This document shows, piece by piece, positions 53,901 to 64,000 of a DNA stretch of 64,000 nt. The notes under the pieces are model-generated. The model ran no database searches. It saw nothing but the letters and a program-made list of their open reading frames with translations, and was not told where the DNA came from. Position 1 is the first letter of the stretch; every line of letters begins with the position of its first letter. Source of the stretch: Eledone cirrhosa (taxonomy: Eukaryota); contig OZ024744.1 in the NCBI GenBank assembly GCA_964016885.1, positions 10,540,001 through 10,604,000 of the forward strand, written 5' to 3'. A program made the position numbers and the translations under genes.

Positions 53901-56900
53901 CTTGTACTCCAATATGTGTTGTTGTTGTACTCCAATATGTTGCGTTGTTGTACTCCAATATATCATGTTGTCGTACTCCAATATGTCATGTTATACTCCA
54001 ATATGTCGTTGTTATACTCCAATAGGTCATGATGTTGTACTCCAATATTTCGCGTTGTCGTACTCCAATATGTTGTGTTGTACTCCAATATGTTGTGCTG
54101 TTGTACTCCAATATGTTGTGTTGTTGTACTCCAATATGTTGTGTTGTTATACTCCAATATGTTGTGCTGTTGTACTCCAATATTTCGTGTTGTTGTACTC
54201 CAATACGTCGTGTTGTACTCCAATATGTTGTATTGTTATACTTCAATATGTTATGTTGTTGTACTCCAATATGTCTTGTTGTTGTACTCCAATATGTTGT
54301 GTTGTTGTACTCCAATATGTTTTGATGTTGTACTCCAATATGTTGTGTTGTTGTACTCCAATATGTTGTGTAGTCGTACTCCAATATGTTGCGTTGTTGT
54401 ACTCTAATGTGTTGTGTTGTTATTCTCCAATATGTTGCGATGTTGTACTCCAATGCGTTGTGTTGTTGTACTCCAATGTGATGTGTTGTTATACTCCAAT
54501 ATGTTGTGCTGTTGTACTCCAATATTTTTTGTTTTTTGTACTCCAATATGTTGTGTTGTTATACTCCAATATGTTGTGTTATTATACTCCAATATGTTGT
54601 GCTGTTGTACTCCAAATCTCGTGTTGTTATACTCCAATGTGTTGTGTTGTTATACTCCAATATGGTGTGTTGTTGTACTCCTATATGTTGTATTGTTTTC
54701 TCCAATATGTCATGTTATACTCCAATATGGTGTGTTCGTGTACTTCAATATGTTGTGTTATTGTACTCCAATATGTTGCGTTGTTGTACTCCAATATGTT
54801 GTGTTGTTATACTCCAATATGTCATGTGGCTGTACTCCAATATGTCATGTTGTTGTACTCCAATATGTCTTGTTATAGTCCAATATGTCGTGTTGTTGTA
54901 CTCCAATATATCATGTAGTTGTACTCCAATATTTCGTGTTGTTGTACCCCAATATGTAGTGTTGTTTATACTCCAATATGTTTTGCTGTTGTACTCCAAT
55001 ATGTTGTGTTGCTGTACTCCTATATGTTGTGTTGTTATTCTCCAATATGTTGTGCTGTTGTACTCCAATGTGTTGTGTTGTTATACTCCAATATGTTGTG
55101 TTGATTTACTCCAATATGTTGTGTTGTTGTACTCCAATCTGTTGTGTTGTTATACTCCAATGTGTTGTGTTGTTATACTCCAATATGTTGTGTTGTTGTA
55201 GTCCAATATGTTGTGTTGTCGTACTCCAATATGTTGTGTTGTTATACTCCAATATTTCGTGTGGTTGTACTCCAATATGTCATGGTGTTGTACTTCAATA
55301 TGTCGTGTTGTTTTACTCCAATATGTTGTCTTGCTGTACTCCAATCTGTTGTATTGTTGTACTTCAATATGTTCTGTTGTTGTACTCCAATATATTGTGT
55401 TGTTGTACTCCAATATGTTGTGTTGTTGTACTCCAATATGCTGTGTTGTTGTACTCCAATATGTTGTGTTGTTATACTCCAATATGTTGTGTTGTTGTAC
55501 TCCAATATCTTGTGTTGTTATACTCCAATATGTTGTGTTGTTATACTCCAATATGTTGTGTTGTTGTACTCCAATATATTGTGCTGTTGTACTCCAATAT
55601 GATGTGCTGTTATACTCCAATATGTTGTGTTGTTGTACTCCAATATGTTGTGTTGTTGTACTCCAATATGTTGTGCCGTTGTACTCCAATATTTTTTTTG
55701 TTTTTGTACTCCAAAATGTTGTGTTGTTATACTCCAATATGTTGTGTTGTTATACACCAATGTGGTGTGCTGTTGTAATCCAATATGTTATGTTGTACTC
55801 CAATATGTTGTGTTGTTATACTCCAATATGTAGTGTTGTTATACTCCAATATGTTGTGTTGTTGTACTCCAATCTGTTGTGTTATACTCCAATATGTTGT
55901 GTTGTTATACTCCAATATGTTGTGTCGTTATACTCCAATATGTTGTGTTGTTTTACTCCAATATGTTGTGTTGTTGTACTCCAATATGTTGTATTGTTGT
56001 TCTCCAATATGTCATGCTATACTCCAATAAGTTGTGTTCTTGTACTCCAATGTGTTTTGTTGTTGTACTCCAATATGTTGTGTTGTTGTACTCCAATATA
56101 TCATGTTGTCGTACTCCAATATGTCATGTTATACTCCAATATGTCGTTGTTATATTCCAATATGTCATGTTGCTGTACTCCAACATGTCGTGTTGTAGTA
56201 CTCCAATATGTGTTGATGTTGTACTCCAATATGTTGTGTTGTTGTACTCCAATATGTTGTGTTGTTGTACTCCAATATGTTGTGTTGTTATACTCCAATA
56301 TGTTGTGCTGTTGTACTCCAATATGTCATGTTGTTGTACTCCGATATTTCGTGTTGTTCTACTCCAATATGTCGTGGTGTTGTACTCCAATATGTTTTGA
56401 TGTTGTACTCCAATATGTCGTGTTGTTGTACTCCAATATGTTGTGTTGTTGTACTCCAATATGCTGTGTTGTTATACTCCTATATGTTGTGCTGTTGTAC
56501 TCCAATATGTTGTGTTGTTGTACTCCAATATGTTGTGTTGTTGTACTCCAATATGTTGTGTTGTTGTACACCAATATGTGATGTTGTTGTACTCCAATAT
56601 GTCGTATTGTTGTACTCCAATATATTGTGTTGTTATACTCCAATATTTCGTGTTGTTTTAGTCCAATATGTCATGTTGTTTTACTCCAATATTTCGTGTT
56701 GTTGTACTCCAATATGTCATGGTGTTGTACTTGAATATGTCGTATTGTTGTACTCCAATATGTTGTGTTGTTGTTCTCCAATATGTCGTGTTGTTATACT
56801 CCAATATGTTATGATGTTGTACTCCAATATATTGTGTTGTTGTACTCCAATATGTTGTGTTGCTGTACTCCAATATGTTGTGTCGTTGTACTCCAATATG

Positions 56901-59900
56901 TCTTGTTATAGTCCAATATGTCGTGTTGTTGTACTCCAATATGTTATGTAGTCGTAGTCCAATATTTCGTGTTGTTGTACCCCAATATGTCGTGTTGTTT
57001 ATACTCCAATATGTTTTGCTGTTGTACTCCAATATGTTGTGTTGCTGTACTCCAATATGTTGTGTTGTTATTCTCCAATATGTTGTGCTGTTGTACTCCA
57101 ATGTGTTATGTTGTTATACTCCAATATGTTGTGCTGTGCTACTCCAATATATTGTGTTGTTGTACTCCAATGTGTTGTGTTGTTATACTCCAATATGTTG
57201 TGTTGACTTACTCCAATATGTTGTGTTGTTGTACTCCAATCTGTTGTGTTGTTATACTCCAATATGTTGTGTTGTTATACTCCAATATGTTGTGTTGTTT
57301 TACTCCAATATGTTGTGTTGTTGTACTCCAATATGTTGTGTTGTTGTACTCCAATATCTTGTGTTGTTGTAATCCAATATCTTGTGTTGTTATACTCCAA
57401 TATGTTGTGTTGTTGTACTCCAATATGTTGTGTTGTTATACTCCAATATGTTGTGTTGTGATACTCCAATATGTTGTGCTGTTGTACTCCAATATGTTGT
57501 GTTGTTATACTCCAATATGTTGTGTTGTTTTACTCCAATATGTTGTGTTGTTGTACTCCAATATGTTGTGTTGTTGTACTCCAATATATCATGTTGTCGT
57601 ACTCCAATATGTCATGTTATACTCCAATATGTCGTTGTTATACTCCAATATGTCATGTTGTTGTACTCCAATATGTCGTATTGTTGTACTACAATATGTT
57701 TTGATGTTGTACTCCAATATGTTCTGTTGTTGTACTCCAATATATTGTGTTGTTGTACTCCAATATGTCGTGTTGTTGTACTCCAATATGTCGTGTTTTT
57801 GTACTCCAATATGTTGTGTTGTTGTACTCCAATATGTTGTGTTGTTGTACTCCAATATGTTGTGTTGCTATACTCCAATATGTTATGTTGTTGTACTCCA
57901 ATATGTCATGTTGTTGTACTCCAATATGTTTTGATGTTGTACTCCAATATGTTGTGTTGTGTACTCCAATATGGTTTGATGTTGTACTCCAATATGTTGT
58001 GTTGTTGTACTCCAATATGCTGTGTAGTCGTACTCCAATGCATTGTGTTGTTGTACTCCAATATGCTGTGTTGTTATACTCCAATATGTTGTGTTGTTGT
58101 ACTCCAATATGTTGTGTTGTTGTACTCCAATATGTTGTGTTGTTGTAATCCAATATCTTGTGCTGTTATACTCCAATATGTTGTGCTGTTGTACTCCAAT
58201 ATGTTGAGTTGTTATACTCCAATATGTAGTGTTGTTATACTCCAATATGTTGTGTTGTTGTACTCCAATCTGTTGCGTTATACTCCAATATGTTGTGTTG
58301 TTATACTCCAATATGTTGTGTTGTTATACTCCAATATGTTGTGTTGTTGTACTCCAATCTGTTGTGTTGTTATACTCCAATATATTGTGTTGTTATACTC
58401 CAATATGTTGTGTTGTTTTACTCCAATATGTTGTGTTGTTGTACTCCAATATGCTGTATTGTTGTTCTCCAATATGTCATGTTATACTCCAATAAGTTGT
58501 GTTCTTGTACTCCAATATGTTGTGTTGTTGTACTCCAATATGTTGTGTTGTTGTACTCCAATATATCATGTTGTCGTACTCCAATATGTCATGTTATACT
58601 CCAATATGTCGTTGTTATACTCCAATAGGTCATGATGTTGTACTCCAATATGTCGCGTTGTCGTACTCCAATATGTTGTGTTGTACTCCAATATGTTGTG
58701 CTGTTGTACTCCAATATGTTGTGTTGTTGTACTCCAATATGTTGTGTTGTTATACTCCAATATGTTGTGCTGTTGTACTCCAATATTTCGAGTTGTTGTA
58801 CTCCAATACGTCGTGTTGTACTCCAATATGTTGTATTGTTATACTCCAATATGTTATGTTGTTGTACTCCAATATGCCTTGTTGTTGTACTCCAATATGT
58901 TTTGATGTTGTACTCCAATATGTTGTGTTGTTGTACTCCAATATGTTTTGATGTTGTACTCCAATATGTTGTGTTGTTGTACTCCAATATGTTGTGTAGT
59001 CGTACTCCAATATGTTGCGTTGTTGTACTCTAATGTGTTGTGTTGTTATTCTCCAATATGTTGTGATGTTGTACTCCAATGCGTTGTGTTGTTGTACTCC
59101 AATGTGATGTGTTGTTATTCTCCAATATGTTGTGCTGTTGTACTCCAATGTGTTGTGTTGTTATACTCCAATATGTTGTGTTGATTTACTCCAATATGTT
59201 GTGTTGTTGTACTCCAATCTGTTGTGTTGTTATACTCCAATGTGTTGTGTTGTTATACTCCAATATGTTGTGTTGTTGTACTCCAATATGTTGTATTGTT
59301 TTTTCCAATATGTCATGTTATACTCCAATATGTTGTGTTCGTGTACTCCAATATATTGTGTTATTGTACTCCAATATGTTGCGTTGTTATACTCCAATAT
59401 GTTGTGTTGTTATACTCCAATATGTTGTGTTGTTGTACTCCAATATGCTGTCTTGTTGTACTCCAAAAGGCCATGTTATCGTACTCCAATATGTCTTGTT
59501 ATACTCCAATATGTCGTGTGGCTGTACTCCAATATGTCATGTTGTTGTACTCCAATATGTCTTGTTATAGTCCAATATGTCGTGTTGTTGTACTCCAATA
59601 TGTCATGTAGTTGTATTCCAATATTTCGTGTTGTTGTACCCCAATATGTCGTGTTGTTTATACTCCAATATGTTTTGCTGTTGTACTCCAATATGTTGTG
59701 TTGCTGTACTCCAATATGTTGTGTTGTTATTCTCCAATATGTTGTGCTGTTGTACTCCAATGTGTTATGTTGTTATACTCCAATATGTTGTGCTGTGCTA
59801 CTCCAATATATTGTGTTGTTGTACTCCAATGTGTTGTGTTGTTATACTCCAATATGTTGTGTTGATTTACTCCAATATGTTGTGTTGTTGTACTCCAATC

Positions 59901-62900
59901 TGTTGTGTTGTTATACTCCAATATGTTGTGTTGTTATACTCCAATATGTTGTGTTGTTTTACTCCAATATGTTGTGTTGTTGTACTCCAATATGTTGTGT
60001 TGTTGTACTCCAATATGTTGTGTTGTTGTAATCCAATATCTTGTGTTGTTATACTCCAATATGTTGTGTTGTTGTACTCCAATATGTTGTGTTGTTATAC
60101 TCCAATATGTTGTGTTGTGATACTCCAATATGTTGTGTTGTTGTACTCCAATATGTTGTGTTGTTATACTCCAATATGTTGTGTTATTTTACTCCAATAT
60201 GTTGTGTTGTTGTACTCCAATATGTTGTATTGTTGTTCTCCAATATGTCATGTTATACTCCAATAAGTTGTGTTCTTGTACTCCAATATGTTGTGTTGTT
60301 GTACTCTAATATATCATGTTGTCGTACTCTAATATGTCATGTTATACTCCAATATGTCGTTGTTGTACTCCAATATGTTGTGTTGTTATTCTCCAATATG
60401 TTGTGCTGTTGTACTCCAATGTGTTATGTTGTTATACTCCAATATGTTGTGCTGTGCTACTCCAATATATTGTGTTGTTGTACTCCAATGTGTTGTGTTG
60501 TTATACTCCAATATGTTTTGATGTTGTACTGCAATATGTCGTGTTTTTGTACTCCAATATGTTGTGTTGTTGTACTCCAATATGCTGTGTTGTTATACTC
60601 CTATATGTTGTGCTGTTGTACTTCAATATGTTGTGTTCTACTCCAATATGTTGTGTTGTTATACTCCAATATGTTGTGCTGTGCTACTCCAATATATTGT
60701 GTTGTTGTACTCCAATGAGTTGTGTTGTTATACTCCAATATGTTTTGATGTTGTACTGCAATATGTCGTGTTGTTGTACTCCAATATGTCGTGTGGCTGT
60801 ACTCCAATATGTCATGTTGTTGTACTCCAATATGTCGTTGTTATACTCCAATATGTCATGTTACTGTACTCCAACATGTCGTGTTGTAGTACTCCAATAT
60901 GTGTTGATGTTGTACTCCAATATGTTGTGTTGTTGTACTCCAATGTGTTGTGTTGTTGTACTCCAATATGTTGTGTTGTTGTACTCCAATATGTTGTGTT
61001 GTTATACTCCAATATGTTGTGCTGTTGTACTCCAATATGTCATGTTGTTGTACTCCGATATTTCGTGTTGTTCTACTCCAATATTTCGTGTTGTTGTACT
61101 CCAATATGTCGTGGTGTTGTACTCCAATATGTTTTGATGTTGTACTGCAATATGTCGTGTTGTTGTACTCCAATATGTTGTGTTGTTGTACTCCAATATG
61201 CTGTGTTGTTATACTCCTATATGTTGTGCTGTTGTACTTCAATATGTTGTGTTCTACTCCAATATGTTGTGTTGCTGTACTCCAATATGTTGTGTTGTTG
61301 TACTCCAATATGTGATGTTGTTGTACTCCAATATGTCGTATTGTTGTACTCCAATATATTGTGTTGTTATACTCCAATATTTCGTGTTGTTTTAGTCCAA
61401 TATGTCATGTTGTTTTACTACAATATTTCGTGTTGTTGTACTCCAATATGTCGTGGTGTTGTACTCCAATATGTTTTGATGTTGTACTCCAATATGTCGT
61501 GTTGTTGTACTCCAATATGTTGTGTTGTTGTTCTCCAATATGTCGTGTTGTTATACTCCAATATGTTATGATGTTGTACTCCAATATATTGTGTTGCTGT
61601 ACTCCAATATGTTGTGTCGTTGTACTCCAATATGTTGTGTTGTTGTACTCCAATATGTTGTGTTGTTGTACTCCAATATGTTGTGTTGTTGTACTCCAAT
61701 ATGTTGTGTTGTTGTACTCCAATATGTTGTGTTGTTGTACTCCAATATGTTGTGTTGTTGTACTCCAATAGGTTGTGTTGTTATACTCCAATATGTTGTG
61801 CTGTTGTACTCCAATATTTCGTGTTGTTGTACTCCAATACGTCGTGTTGTTGTACTCCAATATGTTTTGATGTTGTACTCCAATATGTTGTGTTGTTGTA
61901 CTCCAATATGTTTTGATGTTGTACTCCAATATGTTGTGTTGTTGTACTCCAATATGTTTTGATGTTGTACTCCAATATGTTGTGTTGTTGTACTCCAATA
62001 TGTTGTGTAGTCGTACTCCAATATGTTGTGTTGTTGTACTCCAATATGCTGTGATGTTGTACTCCAATGCGTTGTATTGTTATACTCCAATGTGATGTGT
62101 TGTTGTACTCCAATATGGTGTGCCGTTGTACTCCAATATTTTTTATTTTTGTACTCCAATATGTTGTGTTGTTATACTCCAATATGTTGTGTTGTTATAC
62201 TCCAATATGTTGTGCTGTTATACTCCAATATGTTGTGCTGTTATACTCCAAATCTCGTGTTGTTATACTCCAATGTGTTGTGTTGTTATACTCCAATATG
62301 GTGTGTTGTTGTACTCCAATATGTTGTATTGTTTTTTTCCAATATGTCATGTTATACTCCAATATGTTGTGTTCGTGTACTCCAATATGTTGTGTTACTG
62401 TACTCCAATATGTTGCGTTGTTGTACTCCAATATGTTGTGTTGTTATACTCCAATATGTTGTGTTGTTGTACTCCAATATGTTGTCTTGTTGTACTCCAA
62501 AAGGCCATGTTATCGTACTCCAATATGTCTTGTTATACTCCAATATGTCGTGTGGCTGTACTCCAATATGTCATGTTGTTGTACTCCAAGATGTCGTGTT
62601 GTTTATACTCCAATATGTTTTGCTGTTGTACTCCAATATGTTGTGTTGCTGTACTCCAATATGTTGTGTTGTTATTCTCCAATATGTTGTGCTGTTGTAC
62701 TCCAATGTGTTATGTTGTTATACTCCAATATGTTGTGCTGTGCTACTCCAATATATTGTGTTGTTGTACTCCAATGTGTTGTGTTGTTATACTCCAATAT
62801 GTTGTGTTGTTGTACTCCAATATGTTGTGTTGTTATACTCCAATATGTTGTGTTGTGATACTCCAATATGTTGTGTTGTTGTACTCCAATATGTTGTGTT

Positions 62901-64000
62901 GTTATACTCCAATATGTTGTGTTATTTTACTCCAATATGTTGTGTTGTTGTACTCCAATATGGTGTATTGTTGTTCTCCAATATGTCATGTTATACTCCA
63001 ATAAGTTGTGTTCTTGTACTCCAATATGTTGTGTTGTTGTACTCTAATATATCATGTTGTCGTACTCTAATATGTCATGTTATACTCCAATATGTCGTTG
63101 TTATACTCCAATATGTCATGTTGTTGTACTCCAATATGTCGTATTGTTGTACTCCAATATGTTTTGATGTTGTACTCCAATATGTTGTGTTGTTGTACTC
63201 CAATATGTTGTGTAGTCGTACTCCAATATGTTGTATTGTTATACTCCAATATGTTGTGCTGTTGTACTCCAATATGTTCTGTTGTTGTACTCCAATATAT
63301 TGTGTTGCTGTACTCCAATATGTCGTGTTGTTGTACTCCAATATGTTGTGTTGTTGTACTCCAATATGTTATGTTGTACTCCAATATGTTGTGTTGTTAT
63401 ACTCCAATATGTTATGTTGTTGTACTCCAATATGTCATGTTGTTGTACTCCAATATGTTTTGATGCTGTACTCCAATATGTTGTGTTGTTGTACTCCAAT
63501 ATGTTTTGATGTTGTACTCCAATATGTTGTGTTGTTGTACTCCAATATGTTGTGTAGTCGTACTCCAATATGTTGTGTTGCTGTACTCCAATATGATGTG
63601 ATGTTGTACTCCAATATGATGTGCTGTTGTACTCCAATGCGTTGTGTTGTTGTACTCCAATATGCTGTGTTGTTATACTCCAATATGTTGTGTTGTTGTA
63701 CTCCAATATGTTGTGTTGTTGTACTCCAATATGTTGTGTTGTTGTAATCCAATATCTTGTGTTGTTATACTCCAATATGTTGTGCTGTTGTACTCCAATA
63801 TGTTGAGTTGTTATACTCCAATATGTAGTGTTGTTATACTCCAATATGTTGTGTTGTTGTACTCCAATCTGTTGCGTTATACTCCAATATGTTGTGTTGT
63901 TATACTCCAATATGTTGTGTTGTTTTACTCCAATATGTTGTATTGTTGATCTCCAATATGTCATATTATACTCCAATAAGTTGTGTTCTTGTACTCCAAT

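Larger units (their letters stand above)
1..64000 (+). repeat. Tandem satellite array, 23-bp monomer TACTCCAATATGTTGTGTTGTTG (common variant ends ...GTTA), head-to-tail, running off both window ends
   Basis: The TACTCCAATA core recurs every 23 bp (e.g. 1, 24, 47, 70, 93) to the end of the window. Length variants of 18, 20, 21, 22, 24, 25 and 28 bp occur. I saw no inverted monomers and no non-repeat sequence. All six-frame ORFs are permutations of the same two 23-aa repeats. Confidence 0.99.

Noticed and set aside
20-63976. Hundreds of Cys/Val/Leu-rich and Thr/Asn/Gln-rich ORFs as real genes (metallothionein-, keratin-associated- or mucin-like)
   Set aside because: They overlap in all six frames, are permutations of one translated 23-bp unit, have no unique domain, and begin and end at random monomer variants.
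1-64000. CRISPR array (conserved core plus variable segment)
   Set aside because: The variable part is only ~13 bp and is a mutated copy of the consensus rather than a unique spacer. The period is 23 bp, and there is no leader or cas gene.
1-64000. Telomerase-made telomeric tract (23-bp units occur in Candida yeasts; TG-rich strand)
   Set aside because: The monomer does not match a telomeric repeat I know and has no G-runs. Kb-scale ordered variant cassettes indicate recombinational copying rather than synthesis from one RNA template. A subtelomeric location is not excluded.
1-64000. Fungal RIP signature (frequent TG->TA, e.g. TTGTAC->TTATAC)
   Set aside because: Every consensus G follows a T, so the context is uninformative, and the CpA in CCAA on the plus strand is rarely mutated, which RIP would not spare.
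1-64000. Pure sequencing or amplification artefact (concatemer of a short oligo)
   Set aside because: Complex variant orders are reproduced exactly at distant positions with graded divergence, which random error would not produce. Only the 20-kb duplication remains a candidate assembly artefact.
1-64000. Embedded transposon, inversion, tRNA/rRNA gene, G-quadruplex or long hairpin
   Set aside because: I saw no non-satellite or reverse-orientation segment, no G-tracts, and only short palindromes (GTAC, AATATT, CATG).
1-64000. Antigenic-variation cassette library or diversity-generating retroelement template array
   Set aside because: There is no expression locus, recombinase or reverse transcriptase in the window, and variation is not adenine-specific or codon-structured.

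Overview
The whole 64-kb window is one uninterrupted, single-orientation tandem satellite array built from a 23-bp monomer (consensus TACTCCAATATGTTGTGTTGTTG, 8/23 GC, T+G-rich plus strand; about 2,800 monomers by length/23). I see no unique sequence, credible gene, RNA gene, transposon or CRISPR array. The hundreds of ORFs arise because the consensus monomer has no stop codon on either strand. The informative signal is architectural: (i) recurrent cassettes of variant monomers in a fixed order (16 copies carry a GGCC landmark); (ii) nested duplications at about 1.9, 4.7-5.8, 10.3 and 20.6 kb; (iii) a near-identical ~20-kb tandem duplication whose junction holds a ~0.77-kb patch copied from inside the unit; (iv) a 428-bp out-of-register microhomology deletion; (v) left and right flanks that share marker variants I do not see in the homogenised centre; (vi) a conserved ACTCCAAT core beside a mutable GT-rich half with a possible CpG-decay signature. 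This looks like eukaryotic centromeric, pericentromeric or subtelomeric satellite DNA, but organism and function cannot be assigned from the sequence alone. Block boundaries were read by eye and from ORF-track offsets, so they are approximate to within a monomer or two.
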